Source: Octopus bimaculoides (lineage: Eukaryota). From it: a DNA stretch of 37,912 bases. The notes beneath the pieces were generated by a model. The model made no database searches. It saw nothing but the letters and a program-made list of their open reading frames with translations, and was not told where the DNA came from. A program made the translations under genes and the position numbers. Within the stretch, counting starts at the first letter, position 1. Each line of letters starts with the position of its first letter. The stretch covers positions 108,873,161-108,911,072 of the forward strand of contig NC_068982.1 in NCBI RefSeq assembly GCF_001194135.2, given 5' to 3'. Of this stretch, positions 1 through 13,800 are shown piece after piece.

Positions 1-328
1 AGTGCCGCCTGGCTGGCCTTCGTGGGATTTTTGAGCGAGATCGTTGTCAGTGCCCCTGGACTGGCTCTTGTGTGGGTGGCACATGAAATGCACCATTTTG
101 AGCGTGGGCGTTGCCAGTACCGCCTGACTGGCCTTCGTGCGGGTGACACGTAAAAGCACCCACTATACTCTCTGAGTGGTTGGCGTTAGGAAGGGCATCC
201 AGCTGTAGAAACTCGGCCAAATCAGATTGGAGCCTAGTGTAGCCATCTGGTTTCACCAGTCCTCAGTCAAATCGTCCAACCCATGCTAGCATGGAAAGCG
301 GACGTTAAACGACGATGATGACGACGAT
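1..328 (+). mobile_element. Young RTE 3'-end repeat (tail GAT/GAC)
   Basis: Near-identical to copies at 10398, 28421, 33065 and 37287. Confidence 0.85.
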
Positions 329-658
329 AATTGTAGTGGCAATGTATTAGCCAGGTTATGAGATCAAATTGTATTTTGCATACTATTGTACTTTTTAGTA
401 AAGCCCATTACTCATTCTATCTAGTTGAAAACATTTCCATTCCTATATTAGAACTAAAGAGATAACAATAGAGAAGGGATAAAGATTATTCAGGGAAATT
501 TAATTTGTAGAACCATTCAACCAATACTATCATTAGAAAACAAATACAAAAGTATAAAACTATCAGTTATATTGCACTTTTATGTTCCTTTTATTACATA
601 TATTTTTTAATTAACAGCTATTAATTTTCATTACATTAAATAATTTTTTTATATATAG

Positions 659-768
659 ATTTTTGCAAGCAGGAGGGTCTCCAGAACGTGTAGTAGAATT
701 GCTTTCTAATAACTATATAGCTGTGGCACAGTGTGTTAACTTATTGGCTGAGTGGCTTATTCTAGTTG
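659..768 (+). CDS. NELFCD: NELFCD exon a: [36 protein letters not shown]
   Basis: Acceptor atatag|, donor |gtgagt, 110 nt, phase 2 to 1. Confidence 0.92.
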
Positions 769-1858
769 GTGAGTAACAGGAATATTCATTTTCGTTTTTA
801 TTTTATTTTATGATACATACTACTGTAATTAGCATGAATTGCAGATTATCTACTGATCAGATAGATTCCTGGCAGTAGTAGAAGATAATTTTTGTTTCAG
901 AAGTAGTATGCTTAATGCTAGAAGTGAGTAAGTATTAACTTTGTTGCAGAAGAAATACAGAAGAAATATAAAGAAATGCAACCTCTTGGAAACAGATTAT
1001 CTTTCTGTGCAGAAGGTTTAACTGTATATATATATATATATAAGAAGCTTAATATTCTATGGTAGATAAGCTAACAAGGAATTTGCATTAACTGGAAAAG
1101 AGTGTTGAATGTACAATACTAATCTATAACATTCCAAATGAGTTAGAGACCAATTGAGGATCAAAGACACTGTCAGTTGTTTAGGGAAGAAAGCTATGTT
1201 CATATAGATATGTGATGTAAATTAATGTTTTTTGGAATTGATGATAGAAGGTAGCAGGAGCTGATAGAAAAATTTTGTGGCGTTTGAAAAATGGCAAGAG
1301 TATATGATCATATTTATATTTCATCTCTAAAAAAAAATTTAAATTTAAATTAAGAGCTTAAAGTAGCTGTTCCTTTGAGAAATATTTCAACAATCAGACT
1401 ACTTCCTTACAGTCTGGTTTGCTTAACTCCATTTAAATTGATACAGTTAACACTAGGACTAATAGTAAAGTTAAAATAATATTAAATTTAATTAGTTTTC
1501 ATAATTGATCAGTTGGTTGTATACAGACTATCACTGTTGTCTATCTAATGAATTGGTTTGGCAATTTTAGCTTTATTCTGCCAATCAACTGTAGCACATG
1601 GGAAGCTAATCAGTTTATTTGGTAAAATTTCTGTTGTTTTAAGTATATCATCATCATCATCATCATCGTTTAACGTCCGCTTTCCATGCTAGCATGGGTT
1701 GGACGATTTGACTGAGGACTGGTGAAACCGGATGGCAACACCAGGCTCCAGTCTGATATATATATATAATTACAGAGGCATCAAGCTGTTAGATCAGGTT
1801 ATGAAAGTTACAGAGAGGGTCATAGCCCAACTAATTAGGGAGCGAATCNNNNNNNNNN

Positions 1859-1899
<41 letters not shown>

Positions 1900-4800
1900 A
1901 AATGGTATACATGCAAGATTGTATAATGTATGTAATTTATAAGTTATATTTTATGTTGGTTCATAGGTGCTGACTACAAAGAAGTTCAAGAGAGAGTTGA
2001 AACATATCTGAAAGAAATGATTTTAAAATGTTTTGACCCAAAGAAAGCCGATTCTATTTTCTCAGTCGAAGGAGAGGTACATATACTCTTCTGACATCTA
2101 TTAAGCTATTTGTATTACACATTGGTTTAATTAGTTTAATTGTTTCTTGAGTCACAATACTTCATAGGTCACTTAACTCTGGTTCCTATAACATTAAGCA
2201 AACATGACAAATCTTGCCATGAATAGAACAGTGATATCATAAAATGTCAAATTTGGCAAACAACTTTCTCATTCTTAACACACACACATTCTAATGATAA
2301 ATGTTATATTTGGAACATTTTCAAAAAGTAATAATTTGACTGCAGTGGTCTTAAATTCAAGAACATATGTTAATTTCTTTTCTTCTGCAGGTCCCTTCGT
2401 GGTTGGCAGAAATGGTTGAATTTTCTACTTGGCGTACATTATTTTACAAATTGGCTGAAGAATATCCTGACTGCCTTATGCTTAACTTTACCATCAAAGT
2501 AAGAAAATCGATAATGTGATTTTTATTTAAATATAATGGTTGGTTTTCATTTACATCTATGTACTTGCTTTAATGTCAGTGTTATAATCATTGGGTTAGA
2601 TTATTAGGTTTAACCTCACTCTTTATTTTTACTGTACACTCCTTGGCTAACATCTATTCCAATTTGCATCAATTTTCAGGAAAGCTGGTTGATTGATCAA
2701 GTCAGTGGCTGTACCACTACTTTGACAACCTAATCACTAAGTTGTTTGGTTATATCTATAATATTGTGAAATAATATTGTGAACAAACACAAAACCTTGA
2801 AGTAAAACATATTGAACTGCTGCAGTGAAAATTATTGAAATGGACCTTATTTGTCTTTGTTTATGGGTTAATATCTAGAAGTAACTACTACCCATAAAAG
2901 GTGTTAAAATTTAGACCAACTTTTATGTTCAGAATTGTTTTTGTTTTCATTTTGAGTGAGGTCATTGCCAGTGCTGCTGGACTGGCTCCTGTGCAGGTGG
3001 CACGTAAAATACACCATTTCGAGCGTGGCTGTTGCCAGTTCCGCCTGACCGGCCCTCATGCCGGTGGCATGTAAAAGCACCCACTATACTCACGGAGTGG
3101 TTGGCATTAGGAAGGGCATCCAGCTGTAGAAACTCTGCCGAATCAGATTGGAGTCTGGTGTAGCCACCTGGTCCACCAGTCCTCAGTCAAATTGTCTAAC
3201 CCATGCTAGCATGGAAAGCGGACGTTAAACGATGATGATGATGATGATGATTTATTGTTAATTTATTAAGAATAGGGCTAGTAGTACACACTATAAAGTG
3301 GTTGGCATTAACCAGCTGTAGAAACCATGCCAAAGCAGACACTGGGATATGATGCAGATTTTGAACCCATTGGATCCTATCAAACCGTCCAACCTAAGCC
3401 AGCTTGGAACATGGACGTTAAATGATGAGGATAGTCTATATCTCTATGAGCACTCATTGATTAACAAGTATGATCAGTGTAGTTAACATGGAGTTTGTAA
3501 TATTGGCACAGTTAATGTATTGTTAGGAACATGTGGCATGCAATGAAGTACAATTAGGTAACTATCTTGGAAATGCAGAATAGTGAATTTTGGGAGAGAG
3601 AATATAGTAGGATGTCAAGAATCAGAGGAAGGGGTTGTAAGAGGTGAGTTTTGAGTAGAGTGGTTGCTAAGATGTGGAAAGACAATTCACTGATACATGG
3701 TACGGGTAGATAGAAAAGGGAGAGAACCCATGCTGGACTGGATCTGCAGTAACTTTACACAATTAAAATTTATTCTTAGGGTCATGCTTAGTGCTTGTAG
3801 AGTTTAGGTCACCAAATGATCCGATAGCTTTCCAATGTTCCAAAATATGATTACAGAACACTTAAGATATATTATGTCCTTACATTTCATAAATCTGCGT
3901 ACAATTAGATTTGAATTTCTTCCTAAGAGCACAGTGCTTATATTCGTCATTGTCATTATCATCATCATATGTCGTTTTTCCATGCGGGCATGGGTTGGAC
4001 GGTTTGACCAGACCTACTAAGCAGGCGAGCTGCGCTAAGTTCCAGTCTGATTTAGCATGGTTTCTGTGGCTGGATGCCCTTCCTAATGCCAGCCACTTTA
4101 CAGAGTGTGGTGTTGGGTGCTTTTTTATGTGGCACCAGCACAGGTGCTTTTACGTGCTGCTGGCATGGATGCTACTATGTGGTACGGGCAAGGGAGCTTT
4201 TTACATTAAGTATGATACATACATTTTACATTAAGTATGATACATACAAGGGAGCTTCTTACAAACTACTGAAATTAAGTTTGGATTGAATTTCAATATA
4301 AGACAGATACTTTAAACGGTGGTTGTAATTAATGCTGATGCTTTTAGACTTTATTTAATTCATTAAACAAATTAAAAAATTGTAGGCTAAACGTTTTTAT
4401 ATTTTCAATTTCAAAGTTGCACAGTGACTTTTTTTTTTTTTTGTCTCAAAATAACAGCAATTCTGTTATTGAGAAATGTTTTACTAGAAATGTTTTTAAA
4501 AATGATTACTATTTTGTCAATCTCTTGTTTTCCATTAACTTTGATTATTCGTACAAACTCATGTACCTATACTTAAGCATGTTTAAACACTTGGGCACAC
4601 ATCTACACACACACACACACACTAACATAATCACTCAAAATTCAATTTATCACGTTGTTTACCTTCAAAACTTATCGGCGTATTGACATTTATTTCGTTT
4701 CAAGTTGATATCTGATGCTGGTTACCAAGGGGAGATAACCTCAGTATCTACAGCGTGCCACCAGATTGAGGTTTTCTCACGGGTCTTGAGAACATCAATC

Positions 4801-7800
4801 ACTACATTCCTTGAAGGAGGTGAAGAAGCACTGGAAAAAAATTTACCAGAATTCACGGTAAAATTTTTTTATATCTTTGAAATATAAATTGTTCTCATCC
4901 ATTGACTTTATTACAGCTTGAAGGCTGCATCAGTACAAAAATATAAGGACTTATATACATCGTCATCATCTTTTAACGTCTGTTTTCCATGCTGGCATGG
5001 GTTGGACGGTTTGACTGCGGTCTGGAGGCTGCGCCAGGTTCCAATTTGATCTGGCAATGTTTCAACAGCATGATGCCCTTCCTAACGCCATCCACTTCCA
5101 GAGTGTAATGGGTGTTGTTTTCATGCCACTGGCACAGGAGCCAGTCAGGCGTGCCTGGCATTGATCATGTTTGGTTAGTGCTTTTTATGTGCCACCAGCA
5201 CGGGGACCAGTCAGTGGGTACTGGCATCGGCCCCGTTCAGATGATGCTTTTTATGTGCCACCGGCACGGGGACTAGTCAGTCGGTCCTGGCTAGAATATG
5301 GACTTATACATACAAACAAAATTGCAGCATAATTATATTTATTATTTTTGAATAATTGTTAGTGAATTTTAGATAAATACTGTAGCTTAGTTGTTAGCGT
5401 GTTGAGTTCATGATCTTAAAGCAATAGGATCAATTTCTGATGTGTGTTGTGTCCTTGAGCGAGGCACTTAATTTAACATTGCTCTAGTCTATTCAGCTGC
5501 AGATGAGTACTAGCTCAGTGCTGGTGCAGCTCTCCTGTCCTCCAGCAATCACATCCTTGATGTTTCACTGGGTCATGGGTAGGAGGGCTGAGATAACGTC
5601 TGTGCCTGTTTACAACTATGTAGATACCTAAAACACTTTGCAAAAGTATAGAACAAGCTACCTGGTTATACTAGTTTCTGATTGATGGCTAAGTGAATTT
5701 TTCAAGAGAAAAATAGTTTTCTTCTCTCTTGTATTTCAAAATTTAAAAACCCTAGCAATAAATAGGTAATGAATAGTTATAAAACAAGTCTCATAACCCA
5801 TTGGGTTAAATGGATGTCATTACACACAGTGTATATAAGATATGTTAGAGTGGTAGAGCTTATTCCTTTCATTTCGACTATACAAATTACTGCAAGAGGT
5901 AAGTCCATAACTGAGTTCCAGTTATGGACTTGATACAATGATCATCCTTTTGACTGCTTGTTCTGTTCTCTATTCATTCAGTTACATAAATATGATAATT
6001 AGCAATAGATTCATAAAAAAATACTTTGCTTATGGTTCAAAATATATGACTGGTCGATGGAAACATTAAGTTCTTATTTCTGGCTTCAGTCATTGAACTG
6101 TGACCATGCTGACATGTCTCTGCTATTCGTTTGAAGTTTATTTTATCCTCCTCAATACTTTCTTTGATACTCATTTTATTGAGCTCATAAGAATAGAAAG
6201 ATAAAATTGACCTTGGTGTAAAAGGTTGTAACCATTGCAGAATAAAATGAAATGTCACTCTTTTCTCCTTAATCTAACACCCCCACCCACCCATCACCAC
6301 CACTATCATCATCATCATTTCATCACCTTACATCTGCTCCTGTACCTGTGTTCTTTGCCTGTGAGAAACCTAGCGGAACCTCCTCTCCACCTTACTCCCT
6401 GGAGACAGCACAAATCTACATGTCTCTGTTCTCATGCTCACTTTCTCTCTGGTCTTTACAAATCCTCTGCATTCAAAGCCCAACTCTTCCTACCATGTAG
6501 CATCACATTGAAATTGAAGGTGCAAGTTTCATATTTTATTCTTGTCCTTAACTTCTCTTTTTTATTTATATATTTGAATATTGTCAAAATACTTGTTTTT
6601 AATAGTTCAGTGCCCTCCCAACAGCTAAATCTTAGATAAAATAAGCATATTTTGTTACTAGTTAGATTTAAGGAGATTGTGTGAAACCATTAATATTGAC
6701 AGAAAAATATATTTTAGAAGTTCTTTTATCAAAACAAGTGAATGTTGTAATTTTCTTAATTGTTGTATCAATTCTACAATTATTGAATAGAAATTAACAG
6801 GAAAATTATACATATATATATATTACTATTTAAGAAAATGGTGTGCCATGGTGAACATACTTACCTATACAGCCAAGTGTTGATGCAGTTATTGTCACAG
6901 GAGATAAAAGGGGGATCAAACTTGAGAAGATTGTGTCAAGAGTTACAGAAATGTGCAAACGACAGGTAATATATTTTTGTTGAGGCTCTATTTTTTAAAC
7001 ATGATTTAATTACTCTTAGTATAACTGATACTTCTCAATCCTAGATTAGGGAAAAGAAGGTTTCAAATTCTGAGCAGTGATGTCATATCAACTAACGCTA
7101 CTATTGTTACTACCTTAGAATCACAATTTAGTAATAATGACATTTTTATGGTGACTGAGTCCAGCTGTGAGTCCACTAGTTTTATGCTCAAAAGAAAACC
7201 AAGTATTCTTCTTTCAAGAATGTATTTTTCTTTGTGTATTGATATTCAGATATTTTTTTGCATCATTTAAATAAAACAATTATTTTGTATGTGGTAAAAA
7301 AAGTTCTTTTACATAAAATATTATATAGCCATCTATGTATCATACTTAATGTGTATACTTTGCTGATAGGCTATTTATTGTGGTATTTGTCCAGGGGTAA
7401 TATCTCTTATGTACATGCTGTGTTAAAAATGCAATAAATATCATAGGGAGACGAAAATTACTCAAGCAGCAGCCAGTGAGAACACTAGGTGCTGGAGTGA
7501 TTTTTGTTTTCCTCTAATATTTGTCATGTTTTTAACACCGCACATTCATAACAAATTTTATCTCAGGACAAATACTGCAGTAACTGGCCTATCAACCTTT
7601 TAGCATTTAAGCCAAATAATATTCTATCTGTTTTATGTTCAAATCACCCAGCTCTGGCCTCTCTTATCTACCCTACAATGTCATTTAAAAGTAAACAGTC
7701 ATATCATTGATATCTTGAAGCTATAAGATAATGCATAATTAACTCAAAACAATATGAATGAATAAACATTGCATTTGACAGTAAACTGAATGCTAAAGGA

Positions 7801-10800
7801 TTAATGGTGTATATATACATTAAATATGATAAAAGGTAGCTATATTATGATATATAAAATTATTTAAATCATAAGTTGTAGATGTGTTATAAAAATGGTT
7901 TCATTAAAAATACAACTAATCTTCAATACACAAGTAGGTTTTCAATTATGTTTCCTGCCATTCCAGAGGACTTGATGTTACACCAATTACTATGGCACTG
8001 AGTGGAGCTGCAGCTTATCCTCGTGCCTGTCAAGCACTCTCATGCATGTTGTCTCGGCAGTCATTAAACCCGGCAGATATTACCATTGTAAGTGTGTTTT
8101 CTAACAAACTTAAGTATTTTTTGACTTCTTTTCATTTACTTTTTGCAATTTTATATCAATTAAGCCATGTTGATAACAGGATCTATCTTTAAACTGAAGC
8201 AAGCAAAGTTATTTCTTTTGTCTGTAAACACCACACAATATTTATGGTTTAAGTTTGAATCCATGACCATCTGTATGTGTGTGTGTGTGTGTATCATCAT
8301 CATTTAATATCCGTATGGTTTGACAGGAGCTGGCAAGNNNNNNNNNNNNNNNNNNNNNNNNNNNNNNNNNNNNNNNNNNNNNNNNNNNNNNNNNNNNNNN
8401 NNNNATATATATATATATATATATATACAGGTGCAGGCATGGCCGTATGCTTAAGAAGCTTGCTTTCTCAACCGTTTGGTTTCAGTCTCACTATACACCA
8501 CTTTGAGCAAGTGTCTTCTATAACAGCCCCAGACTGATCAAAGCCTTATGAGTAGACTTGAAAGACAAGAAACTTTATATGTGTGTTTCTGTTTTAGTGT
8601 GTCCTTATCTTGACATTCGATGGTTGCAAACAAGCATTATTGTCATGCAACTGGTGTTCGTTTCCAGTTTTCTGTGAAAAGCATGTCTTAGGAAACATAT
8701 CAAACGTAAACCAGCATATAAAAACACATGCAAAGCAATGATGGTATATATCATTCAACTTTTTTGTCGCAGTCGGTGTCTTCCAAGCAGTCTCACTAAT
8801 TCAGTTTTAATCGAAATCAAATTTAGTTTTTTTAATTATGCTTGACTAGTGATAAGCTGCATTTAGACATAAAATACTTAAAATCTGGTGCAGTAGAACA
8901 AAAGCTAAGAGAAAAATGTATAGACAAAACTGGTTGACTGATGGGTAGTAATGCTCAGCATCGACACTTTGAATCCACACCATTCTTTTAATTTTGATTA
9001 AGAATTATATTGATAATAATATGAAAGAGAAATGTTAAAGGAATATATTGGTAAAGGTTTCGTAAAATTTTATACGTTAGAAAAAAAGATATTTAATTTT
9101 AATTATCAAAATTTTTATGGATTTTTGTGTGATATTGAGCTGCACCAGGCTCCAGCTGTCTGTTTTGGTATGGTTTCTACCACTGGATGCTCTTCCTAAC
9201 ACCAACCACTTTACAGGACAGGTTTATTTAGCCAGAGGGGAAGCAGATAAGAAAAAATTTGCCAATGTTCTGCGCCATGAGGACCAAAGACTCGAGGTAT
9301 TTCGTGTTGCAAGACAGTGTGTGAGAGAGAATTGTGATGTCGTGGGAGAGAAATGTGTTCGTATGGATGATGGTACGTTTGCACTAAACGAGGCTGCAAA
9401 GAAAGAGGTATGGAGACGCCACTACGAAAGGTTGCTCAATAAAGAGAATGAATGGGAGGAAGAGAGTTTGCCGAATGTTGACCCAACAGAGGACCCGCAA
9501 TTCGAGTTGACAGTACCATGGTAGATAAAGCTATTAAGAGTATGAAGACAGGGAAATCCCCCTGCCCTTCAGGAATCACTGCAGAGATGCTCAAAATATC
9601 TGGCAGTGTTGGCTATAGCCTAGTCACCCGTATTGTTAACCAGGTGATACATGAAGGAGTCATACCCAATGACTGGTGTAGCAGCACCATAGTCAACTGC
9701 TACAAAGGTAAAGGTGACGCTTTAGATACAAATAATTACAGAGGTATCAAGTTCTTGGATCGCAAGGAATGAAGCCAGTATACTCCGATGGATGTGTAAT
9801 GTAAGTGTGCATACTAAACAGAGTGTTAGTACATTGAGAAAAAAGTTGAACTTAAGAAGCATCAGTTGTGGTGTGCAAGAGAGACGATTGCGCTGGTATG
9901 GTCATGTTGCGAGAATGGATGAGGATAGCTGTGTGAAAAAGTGCCACACTCTAACAGTTGAGGGAACCTGTGGAAGACCTGGGATGAGGTTGTGAGGCAT
10001 GACCTTCGAACACTGGGCCTCACCGAGGCGATGACTTCTGACCAAGACCTTTGGAAATATGCTGTGTGTGAGAAGACCCGGCAAGCCAAGTGAGACCTAA
10101 ATCTAAGGCCTCAGCCAGCCCACTTATACGTACCTTCCTTCATTGGACACTAANNNNNNNNNNNNNNNNNNNNNNNNNNNNNNNNNNNNNNNNNNNNNNN
10201 NNNNNNNNNNNNNNNNNNNNNNNNNNNNNNNNNNNNNNNNNNNNNNNNNNNNNNNNNNNNNNNNNNNNNNNNNNNNNNNNNNNNNNNNNNNNNNNNNNNN
10301 NNNNNNNNNNNNNNNNNNNNNNNNNNNNNNNNNNNNNNNNNNNNNNNNNNNNNNNNNNNNNNNNNNNNNNNNNNNNNNNNNNNNNNNNNNNNNNNNNATT
10401 TGAGCAAGATTGTTGCCAGTGCCGCCGAACTGGCTCCTGCGCAGGTGGCACGTAAAATACACCATTTTGAGCGTGGTCGTTACCAGTACTGCCTGACTGA
10501 CCTTCGTGCCGGTGGCACGTAAAAGTACCCTCTACACTCTCGGAGTGGTTGGCGTTAGGAAGGGCATCCAGCTGTAGAAACTCTGCCAAATCAGATTGGC
10601 GCCTGGTGTAGCCATCTGGTTTCACCAGTCCTCAGTCAAATCGTCCGACCCATGCTAGCATGGAAAGCGGACGTTAAACGACGATGATGATGATATATAC
10701 ATTTATGATAAAAAAATTTACATATATTTAAATAATAATCCTTGATGTTCATTGCTCTTTAACAGTTGTTTAAGCGTTATTCTGAAGGAAACCCTCCACC

Positions 10801-13800
10801 AGTAGAATTGATCAGGGTGCCAGCTTTTCTTGGTAAGTAGTAACATCTTTTTTAAAAAGAATGTTTTTGACTTCCATTCTTCCATATATTGAATAATCTC
10901 TCGTTATTTGGTTATTTGCTTCAGTTTCCAGATGAAATGTTTGACACAGTAGTGTCCTGTTTATTACTTGAGTAATAATATTGGTTTCAAATATTGGCAT
11001 AAGGTCGGCAATTTTGGGGGAGTGGGTAACTGGTACTTATTTTATTGACTCTGAAAGGATGAAAGGCAAAGTCAACCTCAGTGGAATTTGAATTCAGAAT
11101 GTAAAGATGAACAAAATACTGCTAAGCATTTTCCCTAGTGTGCTAACAATTCTGCCAGCTCACTGCCATGTACTTGAGTAATATTATTTATTTTAGTTTG
11201 ACAGGAATTCTGCATTGTGCTCTATCTAAGTGCACTTAGTTTGGGTGTCGGGAGTGAAAGAAATAGGATGGGTCAGGTAGGAGAAAGAGGTGATGTAGGA
11301 AAGCAGTAGGGAAATAATGTGGAGTGTTGGGGAATAAATGGTATCATTTACTGCACCTGAGTGAGTAGTGGCATTATTAGAAGAGTGATGGAGGTTGAAG
11401 TGTGGATTTAGTGAATAGTGTGGATAAGCGGTAGAGACAATGATCAGTAGTGCATGGTGATGAAGAGTATAAGAATACTGAAGGTAATACATTAAACCAG
11501 GAGAAGGCTTTAGAGAGAAAGATGATGAGTAGTTGGATAAGTTATGAGAGTGTGTGCATGTGTGGGAGAAGCTGATGTAGTGCATGATGAGAATGAAAGA
11601 CATGGTGGTGGAGAAGGTGAAATGAGTGGCTGTACGTGTCATTTGAAAACATGAGTGGAGATGAAAGTATTAAATACTAGCAGAAATACCCGGCTTTGCC
11701 CGGGTTAAAGAGGATAATGAAATCTAAAAACGCTGTCTAGACTACGCAACCCTCAACTGTTAGTAGCTACGATACCATATTTCTACATTAATAACTCTCC
11801 AATCCATGCCAGCATGGAACATAGACATTAAGTGGAATGCCAGTCTCTCATCTGGGAAGGCCTTGAAATCAATGTTACCAACTGGGGACTATGTGTGTCG
11901 CAGTGATAATAAAAAGACTCAAAGGAGGTCTGCAACGAAATAATTTTACTCAACACTTTGCAAGTGAATCAGTGGAGGCAAAGATGCGTCTCATTTACTT
12001 GACAATTTATGCACCACATTGCAGAAATCACAATGTAAGTATATCTGAAAGGGTAGTCNNNNNNNNNNNNNNNNNNNNNNNNNNNNNNNNNNNNNNNNNN
12101 NNNNNNNNNNNNNNNNNNNNNNNNNNNNNNNNNNNNNNNNNNNNNNNNNNNNNNNNNNNNNNNNNNNNNNNNNNNNNNNNNNNNNNNNNNNNNNNNNNNN
12201 NNNNNNNNNNNNNNNNNNNNNNNNNNNNNNNNNNNNNNNNNNNNNNNNNNNNNNNNNNNNNNNNNNNNNNNNNNNNNNNNNNNNNNNNNNNNNNNNNNNN
12301 NNNNNNNNNNNNNNNNNNNNNNNNNNNNNNNNNNNNNNNNNNNNNNNNNNNNNNNNNNNNNNNNNNNNNNNNNNNNNNNNNNNNNNNNNNNNNNNNNNNN
12401 NNNNNNNNNNNNNNNNNNNNNNNNNNNNNNNNNNNNNNNNNNNNNNNNNNNNNNNNNNNNNNNNNNNNNNNNNNNNNNNNNNNNNNNNNNNNNNNNNNNN
12501 NNNNNNNNNNNNNNNNNNNNNNNNNNNNNNNNNNNNNNNNNNNNNNNNNNNNNNNNNNNNNNNNNNNNNNNNNNNNNNNNNNNNNNNNNNNNNNNNNNNN
12601 NNNNNNNNNNNNNNNNNNNNNNNNNNNCTTTCTCTCTCTCTCTGAAAGTATCTGTCATTACAGTATCGAAATGTGATTGTTTCAGTTAGTGGAATAGTTT
12701 CATTTTTAAAGTGAAAGTATTTGACATGAGTGTTTTTGTTTCACTTTTGACACGTAATACTTAAATAGTGGAGGAGATATTATGTTGCCGTGGGCTCGAA
12801 CTCTGCAAGAAGTTGAAAATTTTTTTGACTAAAACACAACTGGGAACCCTAAGTAAGGCATCTGTAAAATTTGAATGAAATTGGTTGCGTAGTTCTCGAG
12901 TTTTAGGGATTCACACACACACACACACAGACAGACAGACACACATTCTCATTTTTATATATATAGATAGATATACAGGGTGAGCCAAAAGTCACACACC
13001 AAATGAGTTCAGTACACTCCGGAATTGTGAAAAATATACTTCAATTTTTCTAAAATTGAATAAAATAAATTAAATGATGGATACACATGTACATGAACAA
13101 AATGAATAATAATAATGTAATATAAATGTCATATGTTTTGGTACATGATTTTTGCTCTCCCCACCTCGGGTGTGTGTGTGTGTGTGTTTGTATATTGAGT
13201 TATAAGAACAATTTAACATTAGTCTGAAGTATTGCTCAATATTTTCATTTCAGAGTACATATTTGTTATACTTCTTACAAGAAAAGGGTGATAGTAACTT
13301 TGCAATTTCAGGCTTTGTTGGACTGTCTGATGAAGGTTAGCATGCTGAAGCTTCTAAGTTATTGTCCTCCACTTTTCTTGTAAAAGTATAGTTTGTGTAT
13401 GTGCATAAGATCTGACTGTAACAATGAGACCAGGAGTTCTTAAACTAGGGTATATGAGAGAAATTGAACGATATACAAGAGAAGTTGTGGGGATATGTGA
13501 GATTTATAAAAAAAACACTGGAATTCTGAAATAATCACTGCCAAGTAAACACAACACAGGTGTATAGAAAATGTTTGGAGAGCCTTTTGTTGTTCCTATT
13601 CACTTTTCACCATCACTGTCAACATCCACTTTTCCATTTTTCCATGGGTCAGTCAGAGTTTGTTGAGGTTGATTTTCTACAGCTGAATGCCTTTCCTGTC
13701 ACCAACCCTCACCTGTTTCCGAACAAGGTAATTTTCCCCCATGACTAGGCATGTTTTCATAGAATATTGCAAACGAAGGGTACTGCTTGCATGACAGTGA

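Noticed and set aside
47-256. Recurrent ORF family [30 protein letters not shown] (also 10140, 28329, 33035, 37359) as a multicopy small protein
   Set aside because: It is the antisense reading of the RTE 3' UTR; lengths and frames vary and older copies are disrupted.
11226-11642. 138-aa His/Ser/Thr-rich ORF
   Set aside because: By-product of a purine-rich low-complexity block; no splice or family support.
11891-12676. Long ORFs at 11891-12676, 11969-12658 and 10090-10625
   Set aside because: They are open only because they cross runs of N.
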